DNA of 62,781 nucleotides, filler included, from Sphacelaria rigidula (taxonomy: Eukaryota), in assembly GCA_964200075.2 (NCBI GenBank). It is 6 parts of 6 records of this genome, joined end to end, with 100 filler letters (N's around TTAATTAATTAA, not from the genome) between each part and the next. Parts side by side here need not be neighbours in the genome. Positions count along the whole stretch, not along the records: positions 10,483 to 20,863 come from CAXNAA020006606.1; positions 20,964 to 31,343 come from CAXNAA020006607.1; 4 more parts are not named here. One strand, 5' to 3'. Below, one piece after another: positions 10,483 through 21,799 of the stretch (position 1 is the first letter of the stretch; the number at the start of each line of letters is the position of its first letter). The translations under genes were made by a program, and so were the position numbers. The notes beneath the pieces were generated by a model that did not search any database, had not been told where the DNA came from, and saw only the letters and a program-made list of their open reading frames with translations.

Positions 10483-13310
10483 GATGGAAATTACCTTGGC
10501 GGGTATACCGTAGCGTGCTAAAACTTTCCAGAGAAGATACCGGTCCACTGAGTCGTACGCTTTTTGGAGGTCGATGAAGCACATACTAAGAGGAAAATCC
10601 TCGGGCCAGTTCTTGAAGTCTGCGGACAACGAACATCATGTCGACCGTGGAACGGCCAGGTCGGAAACCGCATTGTGCTTCTGGGAGGATTCCCTTCCAC
10701 TCGCAGTAGGCAATGAGGCGAGTCGCAACTATCTTGAGCACCACCTTGCCCACGTGAGACCCGAAAGAAATACCGCGGTAGTTGCCACATTCGTACGGGT
10801 CCTGTTTCTTGAAGAGCACTTTGATGATAGTGTATTTCCACTCTTGCGGTACAACTTCCTGACGCCACACGGTGAGCACGATGTCGTGGAGGTACTCAAG
10901 GATGGCAGAGTCTTCGGTGCGGCCGAGCTTTGACAGTTCACCACAGACGTGGTCCGTCCCAACGGCCTTACCGTTCGCCAGTTTGCCCACCGCTTGCTCC
11001 ACGTCTGCCATCGAAGGCTCCGCCGCGAGCGGTGTGTGCTCTGGCAGCTGTTCGATGAGATCGATAACAGAGTGATCGATTGTAGGTGAGGTTGCGTTCA
11101 GCATTGTGTCTAACCATTCCTTCCATCGTTGCAGGATAGCTTGCTTGTCCCGCAACAGATCGCCTGTTGCGCTCCGGCCGTAGGTTGAGTCGTTCTGCTT
11201 CTTCCCTTCCAGTTCCAAGGACTTGATATGCTGGTACAGTCCTGCTTGATCCCTCTTGCGAACAAAGTCCGCGGTCCGCACTGTGAACTCGTGGATGAAA
11301 TTCTGCAGGTCATCATTCTTTACCCGCTTAAACGCCTTGTCCGCCACCTTCAGCGCCTTCTTCAGGGCAGTGTCTTCGGGGTTTGCTCGTTATTTTTTCC
11401 ATACACTTTCCCGGAGATCCCATGGCTTAAGGAGGCGGTCCTGAGCTTGAGATGACTCACTGAAACATCTAGATTCGTTTTTCTTGGGGGAGCGAGGGAG
11501 TGTATCCGCGATCGTCTGTCGCAGGGGCGTTGGCAAAGGTAGATGCCATGTGGTTGACGTCCGTCACTGCGGGGGAATCAGTGGCATTCGGGAGCGTAAC
11601 GACAATGGCCTGTGCAACAGTAACTCTCCAGTTTCGGTCGGATGCGAGGGCTTGGCGGTCGAAATGCACTCCTCTACCCCCGCCTCTCGGTCGCGGTTGG
11701 CGGTTGGGGGCGTTCCGTCCAAGGAGACGGGTGGCGGCAGAGACCAGACGATGGTCCGATTTCATCTCGGGGTGTACGGTGACATTTCGGACGAGTCTGC
11801 GGTCTTGCTGACGTACGAGGATGTAGTCCGGGCGCCAGCGGTGTTCCACCTTCGGCCCCGCATATGTGTACGCGGTCGATATTTCCCCGCGAATTGGTGT
11901 GCGAAAAAATGTGTTTGTGATGGCCATTATATTTTTCGCGGCGCATTTCAGGAGGCGCCCACCATTATCGTTCCGGGCTTCTCTGCCATACTCTTCCAAC
12001 ACCCGAGCGCCGTCCATGCCTCCTACTTCTCTCTTTTCGGTACGAGCATTGGCATCCATCATTAGCACTAGGTGCTCGTTGGTGGGCACTCCAGCGATGG
12101 AACTACCTAAAGCTTTCCAGAACGTGATATTATCAAAACCTTGTGCTGTCTCAGTAGGAGCATACCCTACAATGAAGGTTGTGGCAACTCTATGCCGGAA
12201 AGCAACTCGTACCTTCAGGACCCTGGCACTCACATGTTCGGGAGAGATGACATCTGGCCCCAGTGTGTTGGCGATAGACTCCTTGATGGCAAGGCCGACT
12301 CCGAGCATTCCCGGTTTCCCCACGTCTCCATGGCGTTGGTCGCTGCAGTGAACCATGTAGCCCGCTGTCGGTGCGTGGAAGGTTGTTCGTCCATCGCGAC
12401 GGAAAAGCAGTAGGTCCTCTGCGTGGCCTGTGCCGATGGAACCTTTCTCGGCCACGGGGCGTACATTCCACGTGGCCACCACGAGCTCTTTGGATCGAGC
12501 CTCCGCCCTTGCGGCAGTACGATTTGCGTGAGCCTGCACTTTGTCGGCTCGCCGAGCTGGTCTTTCCCTCCTCCTTTTCCTTCGTTTTTCTCTGCCCCTC
12601 CCTTTCTTTCTGGTGTCTGATCCAGCGTTTGTGTTCTACAATTCTCCGTTTCCACGCACTCTTCCGCCCACGCTAGTTCATGCCCATCTGTTCCTGCGTG
12701 AGGTTCAGTGGACCTCGCGCACGTCGATCTACACCAGGTCGACCTTTTTGCTCACACGCACGACGCTGTCTAATCTCAGAGCTACGGCAACAATGCTTTC
12801 GGCGGTGGCGATGAGTAGTCGGATTAGCGGCCCCTTCCGGCAGGGGTAGGGCGTGTTCCGATATCATCGCCATGTAGCAGCACGTTTACGGGTGGTAAAC
12901 ACCGTACGGTGCAGGCAGGGGCGCTGGCGCAAAGGGCATTCAAACCCACCCCACTGTGGTGCGTAGAAGTGAGATACTGTAGTAGGAGTTCATCTCCGCA
13001 CCAGCCGAGTGTTGTACTCTTCCAGGGATCTCCGCCTTGGCTGGCCTATACCCGGTGACGGCGGTTCGGGTCTACGACCGGGAAAGGTACCGACTGTATC
13101 ACGGGTGATAACCACCGTATGGCTTGCACGAGCAGGGGTACGAGGGATGAGAAGTAACCCAGCTACCGCACGGGCGTGGTTCGAAGTAGGTTGACAGTAG
13201 ATATCACAGATTCTCCGTACTAACCAAGTTGCTACGTCTTTCCTTGGGCCGCTGCCGTCAGCCAGCCCAACCCGACCTCAGCGCCCTGGCCGAGGCCGGA
13301 GGGAAAGGAG
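10483..13310 (-). mobile_element. RTE-like non-LTR retrotransposon (LINE): 5' UTR, APE endonuclease and N-terminal RT; frameshifted and truncated by the contig end
   Basis: APE motifs VATWNVR, VGYAPTE, MMDANAR, NDNGGRLL, ITNTFF, DYILV, SDHRLV (ORF 11469-12539). RT motifs GKAVGTD, W...[46 protein letters not shown] (10483-11347). No long ORF1, as in the RTE clade. The 5' boundary is approximate. Confidence 0.93.
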
Positions 13311-14222
13311 GACTTCTACGTCATCACCCACGTTGATTCCCGTACATAAACAACTGCTTTCATTTGTTGGAATCTCCAGTCGACGCGGCATTTTTCAAAC
13401 TGCGGATGGATTTGGTTTCTCGGGTTTACAAGACCGCATGTCACGGCCGGAGAGTGAAAATGCATTTTTTTCGGAAATATTCCTATGCTTGTGGGGGTTC
13501 CCAAGGCTAATTGTCAAGAACAGAACTCCATCCGCAATTTAAAGTATCCCGTGCTATTCGATGGAGAGGTACAAAAGTGTTCAAATATGATGGGTGTGGC
13601 GGGTGCTGTTGCTGACTGATTGTGTCGGAACACTCTACACACTACCACTGTTGTAGGCTCATCGCACACCCATTCAGTTTTTACCGGTTTCTACAAGCTT
13701 GGGCTCTAGTCGTGGTCGTCGTTTCTTGTATCATTTGTTGAAGGTTGTCTCAGAGGATTGTTTGGGGCGGGGATCGTCTCCAACCGCGACCACCAAATGA
13801 AACCAAGCCAACAAACCGCAGCATATAGGTGTTTTCATCAAGTAGGTATTTAGCACGTGTTCGAGGGATAACAGTGCAGTGAAAACACTAATTTAGAGGT
13901 GAAAAGCAGCGGGGAAAAAATTGGGAGCGGACTTTTTTTTTCTTCGGCCTGCCGAGGGGGGCTAAGGGGGCGGTGGTTAAGTAGATGTGCGCGATACCTT
14001 TCTTCTTGTGCCCCTGCCCAAACCAACATTCACGTTCACATTCTGCCAACAATGGGGCCAATGGGTAGTCCCCCGCTTAGCGTGGGATTTGATGGATATA
14101 TCTGTGCACGGTTCGCGCCATGACCTAGTCGCAAACAAGAACCGTCGGCACCGGCGATCTTGACAATCCGCTGACATGCGCGGGGCTAGTGGAACAAACA
14201 CTCGGCAAAACAATCCACAGGC

Positions 14223-14472
14223 ACCGTAGGTGAGGGAGGTACCCGGCACCGGCATTCGGGACATCTCATACTCTACCGATACCGGTCCAATTGGGTATTT
14301 TCAAATGTCATACCTACGACACCTAATATACCATGGTATTTTGATATTTCAATACCTACCGTACCCGCTCACACAGGTACTTCCACAACCCATACCTACG
14401 ATACCTACGATACCACGGTATGTCGAGATTTCAACACCTACCGTACGCTCGGTACGGTACCATACCTACGGT
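14223..14472. mobile_element. Possible MITE with TACC/GGTA-rich interior
   Basis: 9-bp inverted termini ACCGTAGGT/ACCTACGGT and repeated ATACCTAC motifs; no clear TSD. Confidence 0.3.
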
Positions 14473-15189
14473 CCCCATGTGGGCGTGGATGGTAAAGGAG
14501 AAAATGCGAATAGCTGCGCAACGTTCGGCATTTGTTCGTGTTTTGTGCCCTATCTGGCTCCGAACCTAATCGTCATCAAGCAGCAGCGTACCATATACAT
14601 CGTAGCCGCATACACATTGCACATAGAGGGGACAAGCACGAGAGAAACCAATACAGAGCTGTATGTAGTCAGTAGGCCAACAACACGAAGTAAGAGGATG
14701 TCATCAGGTGCTGCACCAAGGGTATCTATAGGTGTTTTCACCACACAATGGCCCATAAAGTTCAATATTTGGTGTATTTGGGACCGGAGGTGCGAGAGGG
14801 GGATATTCGGCGAATGCCAGGCACTCCCTAAGGGTCTGAAGGTATTGTTCAAAACGTCATCACACCAAGGCCCCGAAAACTCAATATTTGGTGTATGTGG
14901 GACGAGAGGTGAAAGGGAGGGGGGGGGGGTATTTGGCAAATACTAGGCCCTCCCTACGCGTCAGAAGTTACAGGATTTCCCCCCCCTGCGACACCAATGG
15001 TCTCATGACCAAGATATACACGATCATCCTTACTCCCCCGTCCCACCCCGAAAGCTCTAGCTCAAAGAGATGGAGGTGCGAAGGCATGTTACCAGTGTTG
15101 ATTATTTTCCGTGATATGGAGGCAGATGTCTGGGAACGGTGTACGTTCTAGCACACACTGTATGTGCTTCGGCCTTGAAACATGGATAC

Positions 15190-15760
15190 AGAAAATACTG
15201 CTTGCCGTCTGTGTTCGATACTGCGTACCAACCGCAGCGGCAACGCCTTGGATTACCTACTCTGCACAGCGGCAGGGTGCAGAGTGTCATAGCACACCGC
15301 TAAACGTCATAGCACACCGCTAAACATCATAGCCTATCCCTGTGCTGCATCGATCCACCGCTGTCTTACGCAGTTCGTCCCAGTATGGAGACAGACGCTT
15401 GCACTGCGACCAAAGTATAGTGCGTGTAGCTGCCGACTACAAGTACGATTATTGCGCAAATTACCACAGAAACAGATGCCATACTATGCGTAGTACTCTT
15501 GTTTGCATCTCATACGTACTGCCTGTTGAAATTTTTTGCCCAGGGCGTGGTACATTTCCACATACAATCTATCTAAAGCGGTGAGATCGTGAAAGAAACC
15601 TCAAGATATGGGCGAAATGTAAGTGGTGCAGTTGCCGAAATGGTCACGTACCCCCCCCCCCCCAGTGCACTGTAAGTTGATATCGCTAAAAAAATACCAC
15701 TGCAATCACCTTGCCGACTGCCAGGCTGTCAGCAACTTTGATACGCTAGCACTGCTACTA
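15190..15760 (+). repeat. Dispersed repeat family A, copy 2
   Basis: Co-linear similarity with 1420-2140; carries a local 21-bp duplication TCATAGCACACCGCTAAAC(G/A). Confidence 0.75.
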
Positions 15761-16610
15761 TCTGTACGGGGACGGTACTCCCTGCCGGATATACCGGCAA
15801 CGGTCCGTGACAGAACGCCGTGGTCGCGCGAACCCTAAACTTGGCCTGTCGAGCGACTTGGACCGGGAACGTTCAGCCCCCGACCCTCAAATACATAGCA
15901 GAGCCTTAACGATGCTCATTTCCTTGGTTTCTGCGGGCGTTCTTTCCTAACTGGGCGAAAAATGACGATGAGGTTGGCAGGATCCGTTGCAGCCTGCGGG
16001 CCCGACCAATACCATACCCTGCACAAGGTTCCCCTTCGGCCCTTCGGGAGGTTGGTACGGGCCTTCCGGGGGTGACGCAAGTCGGAAATATATGGTTAAG
16101 ATAGGCTGTTGTATCTCCATGTATAGTAGTGATCGTGGCTGTACAAAACATCGGATGGTGGCTCCGGACATGGTTGACCAACTTGAGTAACACGAATGGA
16201 AGATCATACAATTGTTGGGCGGCAATAATTTCGACATGTGTGGCATATGCGTAGCTGCTCATCAGCTGTGCACGTTGTGCGTGACCTTGCCAAATCTGTC
16301 CAGACCCCATTGAGAAATGATTTTTTGTGAGGCCGCTTCTCATAGACTGACGAAAAACGAAAACGAAAGTCTCTGAGAGAAGTCATTCCGGACTACTTTT
16401 CTCAGAGACATTTCAGTGAATTCAGTTTTCAAAACCCCACCTCTAAGTTTGTCGAAAATCCTGGGGATTTGTACACCCGAGGCCACCATCGAGCCCGCGT
16501 GAAGACGGTGGTGTATAATTCTGGTCATCATTTGCATTTTGTGTTCGTCCCAACTGCGGTGAACTAATACGTGAATAATCCCGTCGAGGTACAGGATAGA
16601 TGGGATGATA

Positions 16611-16672
16611 ACACACACACTCACACTCACACACACGCACGCACGCACGCACGCACGCACACGCACACGCAC
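16611..16672. repeat. Compound microsatellite (CA)n/(CACG)n
   Basis: Directly visible. Confidence 0.95.
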
Positions 16673-19600
16673 AGTAGCTATGGTATTAAAAGGATCGAAA
16701 TGACAGGCGTGTCAACCCTTACTTACTTCAGCCGACCGCCACTTGGTACGGTTGTAGTGTCGCAAGCAGTGAAGTGTGTGCAGCATGCGGTTTGTGCCAT
16801 ACCGCACACATCAAACTCACGTGACAGTCAGTAGTGCGGTAGCACCCGTCTCAGTACACAGAAAACTACAGGGTTCGAAATCGGTGGCGGGCACGACGAG
16901 TGTGACACGATACGAGCAGTCAACACAGCCAGCATGAGTGCCATCGTGCTATTTTAGAGAGGTAAAAGCTGTCGACGAAAAAAAACACTGTGCTGTAATG
17001 TTTGTCCCGGGTCCTACGGTCATGAAGAGGAGGCACGAAGTGCTGCAGCAGCTATGCTGTTGCCACGGTACTGTACATACAACATACACGACTACTTTTG
17101 GACCGCATGTACTACACTTGTAGGCGAGGAGGGTGTGATGGAGCACTGACTGTACCATTGCGGGTGCGGTGTGCGAGGAGTGTGTGATGGAACGTCAATA
17201 CCCAGACAGAGAAACGTCTCGGGGAATCGATGGCTTTTGCCAGACAGATTTTGAAAAATCCCGTTGTCTGAGAATTTATCAGTTTCCAGAGATTCGCTCC
17301 TCTAATGGATGTGGAATATTTGTCATCAGGGGCGTCCCAAACTCGGCTCCCGGCATCCTGGTTTGTCTTGTCATATTGTTTCAAGTGAAAGTGATTGTGA
17401 TTCATCAGATAAGGAGACCCTCTGACGGTCGACGAGGGAAAGGCAGTGCTGATACTCCGTCACGATAAAAAATCAAAAGGCAACCGCCATATAACGGTAC
17501 AGCTCAGCATCGAGGACATTGTGGTTCACTTGCTTACAGTGATATTTGTTTCGCTGGACTCGAGTGTTTATGCTGTATATCATTGCACGGTAGGTGCAGC
17601 CCTGTATACAGGACTATGTCTCCTCTAGACATACAGCCCTGTATACAGGACCACGTCTACTGTAGACATGTTCGCCGTCTACCCTCAAATCTAATTTTGA
17701 TCATACCAAATCAACCACAGATTATATTACCAAAAAGCAGGTGTTCGGACATCTCCGGTACACTGTGTCTGTCTGTTCAGTACTGCCTGAGCGTCCTACT
17801 TGCTCCACACCTTCATCTGGTATAAATCGTCATGGCGCCACACGTGTGCGGTGGCCACGAGTATCCTACGCACGTAGATGTAGACAAGTACTTCGACGAT
17901 GAGGCGACCGCCATCGCCGAGCAATTGCTCTGCGGTAGTCAGGGGCGTTTGTGGCGGAAGTCTTGGTGCGATATCCAAACGCACTCTGCGTACACTCGGC
18001 ACGTTCTACACTGTAAGATCCAGTACGCTGCAGACCGCACGTGCAGCCGCGGCACGATACACTACAGACTGCACAGCAAAAATATGAGGCGTAATAATCA
18101 CCTGGTCGACAACCACACCACCGTCTGTGTTCTGACTCTCACAACCATATGCCTCTCATGCACTCCCGGTCCCGTCCGCCGTAAAGTACTGTAGGCGTTT
18201 TGAGTTGTTAAAAATGAATGATTCTGAACCCAAAAAGTGGAGTGTCTACCTCAGTCTACCAGCGGGGGGGTCGCCGTCTGCGTTAAACCGTTGGACCGCG
18301 TTGCCGGTTCTCCATCTCGATCACGCATTCTATTTTCAAATGAATATTGATGCCGATTCAACAGGTGACCTGCCCTCGCGGTCGAAGGATCGACACCGAT
18401 ATCCCCTTTCGACTTATTCTCGTTAATGTTCTTGAACATGCTTTTGTGGACTGTTGAGTTTGCACAACGGGGGCCCACATGACCTAGATATGACGCTATC
18501 AGACGCTTCATGTCAAACCTAAGGAGTGAAGGATCTCAGATGTTCCGACCTGTGTTTGTGGTGAAGAAATGGCCCGCCATGAACACGCTGCTTTGGTTCG
18601 GGTTCTTGTTCAGAGTTTACATGATCTTGAGGAGGCTTTTGTGGTTCGGGACCGACACCCCGCACAAAAGAGCCAGTGTGGTCGACTTTCCTTGGCCAGA
18701 ACACGCGCCACAGGTACCAGATGGCACTCAAACTTGAACTGTAATGTACCGCTGACCCTCCTTCGTGCACTGCAAAATAAAGCGCGGGCTAAGATGCCTT
18801 GCAGCCAGAGAAAGCTCGGCAAAAGTGGTGAAAAATGCGAAATAATACATGTACACATAATTGTCAACAGACAGAAAGTGCTTCAAATAAAATGTACTCT
18901 CACCCCTGGTATCCACCGTTCCAATGCAGATCGGGCCCTGAGCGCCTTACGCGGCTACGGCTGTGCCTGTGACACCTTGCTGTAGCACACATCTACACGT
19001 CGTCAAAGTGTCGGCGCCATCAGCAAGCGAGGTGCGGATTATCTTGATGGCTCACCTTCCAAAACACCGCCTCCATATTATCGAAGAAAGGACACCACTG
19101 GTTACTTCATTACGGGAAATGCACCGTTGGTGAGCGGACCCAGTAGGCAGTGATGTGCAACGTCCCATGCGATTCACTTACTCCCACCGGCCAGTAATGT
19201 ACACATGCAGTGCTATACTGTACTGCAGCAGCATTGGACACAGTAACCAGTCCCTGACCAGCCGCCGGGCATGCACGCAAATCTTCAAATTGCATGTTGA
19301 ATCGAGGTCTGCCCAACCTCACCACCGCAGGAAAACGCACGCTGCTCTCCGCCGCTGACTGTTGTTTGTGTGAAACGGGCTGTGCACCATTATTATAGTG
19401 TTGCACTGTACTGCTCGTGTGTCTCGACTTCTCCGCTGTTATTACTTTCTCGCTTTCCCTCTGCTTCCTGCCGACTAAGTAGATTCATGCCTCGGTTTTT
19501 ACGAGGATATTTCGTCCCGCTTCCTGTATCATCGGCGTCAAAGCTGTCCAAATTCGAATGTGCTTGCTTGGGACGCGGAGCAGTGAAAAATTCAGACGAA

Positions 19601-20798
19601 GTACTTTCGGCACAGCGACGAGACACACGCGAGAAGCATAGTACTCCTGTACAACATTGCACAACCCCTTTTGCACAAATAATAGTTAGCAACGGTGGGC
19701 AGTGTACGGTATGACGAAATGGCCGCGTGTGGCGGTTGTCATGACCCAAGGAGTGACGTCCCCATCCATGTCTCGAGGGTTTGGTGAACTTGCACATCAG
19801 CTGGTCAGGGACAGGTTGCTGTGCTCAATGTTGGTGTGGTGCACTGTACTGTAAAAGTCGTGCGAGTGCAGCCCCCACCCCCCTCGCTGGTGGTGGCATG
19901 TCCATCCCATGGAACGTCGCATATCGCAGCGACTACGGGCCACGGAAGATGTCCGGTACCACGGCAAGATGAGCGTGGTTTGTGTACTCAACACCCACAT
20001 AAAAAACCCTGACGGTCAGCACGTTAGAGAGAACGAGCTACCAGGACGATTCAAAAACAAGCAAGTCCTGTCTAGATGCAAGCCAAGTCTGCGCACAGGT
20101 TCGATGATGCGACGGTTCCAGCTGAGGTCGTTGGTTCAACTTCCGTAAAGATGCGACAGGGAGGCACAAACGCTACGCACTGAGCCACGAAGAACATGCT
20201 CAGATACCCACCGCTTACGCTCGCCAGCTCCACGGCCGGCCCGTGGTCATCTACACACAATAGTCTTTCTTTGATGGGAATCTGTCTAGTATCGGAGCAA
20301 GGGCGGCCGCGTGCATGTTCATTTCAACCGAAGATGTGCCGTTACTATTCCTCATGCGTGGGCGTTGTTCGCGCTCGTCTGACACATACTGCTGCTCTTC
20401 GTCGAGCTGTGAGCTGATTTGACCAAGGCAAAACACCACGTGCTCGGCTAGTTAAGTTAGCAGCTAGAATTTTAGCCATTTCTTGTTTGTTTGCGAGGGT
20501 AACGGGGGTGTCAGTCTCACGTATCGTGCCGGTATGATTTTGATCGAACGTTTGCATATGCCCCGCCGGATATGACGGAGGTTTCTGCCTGAAGAAGACA
20601 CGGACTCATAATATCAACGGGGATAGAGGAGCGCGTCGCACGGGTGGGCCGACAGGCACAATATATACCGACGGGCACTATTATCGTATTCCCGATGAAA
20701 CGTATCTACGGGTGTGTGGAAATTGTCATGGGTTGCATCTTCTGGCTCGCCGTTGCTATCCGACAGCATATTGCCAGGTGCATAGGAATGGACCGGTC

Positions 20799-20863
20799 GC
20801 TCCGGTGGCTCAGTTGGTAACCTCGTAACCTTCTGAAGGTTGAGTAGGGGGATTTCGATTCCC
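20799..20863 (+). ncRNA. tRNA-like sequence (tRNA pseudogene or SINE head), cut by the contig end
   Basis: A box TGGCTCAGTTGG; stem-loop TAACC-TTCTGAA-GGTTG (nominal anticodon CTG); B-box-like GATTTCGATTCCC. The D stem pairs poorly and the 3' acceptor strand is missing. Confidence 0.55.
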
Positions 20864-20963
20864 NNNNNNNNNNNNNNNNNNNNNNNNNNNNNNNNNNNNN
20901 NNNNNNNTTAATTAATTAANNNNNNNNNNNNNNNNNNNNNNNNNNNNNNNNNNNNNNNNNNNN
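20864..20963. other. Artificial contig linker
   Basis: Same 44N-TTAATTAATTAA-44N structure. Confidence 0.98.
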
Positions 20964-21799
20964 CCCCCCCCCCCCCCCGCCCCGAAGGGGGGGGGGGGTC
21001 AATGGCAAAAAAAAAAAGCAAAACAAAAAAAGGAAACCCCCCCCCCCCCCCCCCCCTTCCTCCCCTTCTAACACGTCCGGTTCCTTCCTGCATAGTTCAC
21101 ACTTTGCCACTATGTGCGTTCTACTCTCCATCGCTTTGCCACCAACAGTCGGGCGGGGGGGCGGGGGCGGGGGGGGGGTATGAAGGAGCGAAGTGGGGGG
21201 CTGGGGTTGCCAATGCAGGCCTCACTGAAGCAAGATGTTCGCGAATGCACCAACTCTTTGACGTTATTTGGTATGCATGGAAAGATCGTTTCGTGTTAGA
21301 TATACATCATGTTATTTTGATGGTCTTCTCGTATGATCATGCGACTGGGGAGTGAAGGACTTGGTTGTTTTGAAACAATACCGCATATCGCTACTCAAGT
21401 GAGTTCACTATTATACGACATGTGCAAGTATTATACCGAGCGGGGGTCAAGGGGTAGTACAAATCCGCATCCTCTGTGGAGATAATTTTTCGTCCTCGTA
21501 TTTCTATCTCTAAAAGTTCAGCTGGTGAAATTGCCCTTGACGACAGGTTCAATGACACTTACGCTCTGTCCGCTCCCCCTTATCGGCGAGGAGCCCCGTC
21601 AGTGTATGATGTCCCGAGTCGTGCCTAAATCGCACCCCAAGCTACCGATGCCACATATCACGTACTTCCACGTGATGCCTCTTGCACGGAAAAATCATGA
21701 CAGTGTTTCGTTAACTTGTGAGAAGTCAAGTGCCTCCTGTGTTTCGCTCCGGTTTTGTCCCTCCCCACGGTCGGATCTTTGTCGAACCTGGACCTTCAG

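Noticed and set aside
11484-12351. Plus-strand ORFs of 193 and 161 aa
   Set aside because: Antisense shadows of the LINE endonuclease frame.
14230-14946. 238-aa ORF
   Set aside because: GTG start, runs through repeat-like DNA, no domain or splice support.
17800-18740. Exon-like minus-strand pieces including a P-loop-like SGQGKSTT string
   Set aside because: In-frame stops lie close on both sides and no consistent splice model emerges; could be pseudogene debris but cannot be supported.
20964-21180. G/C homopolymer runs as G-quadruplex or telomere-like elements (also 41953-42017)
   Set aside because: Located at contig ends where homopolymer lengths are unreliable.
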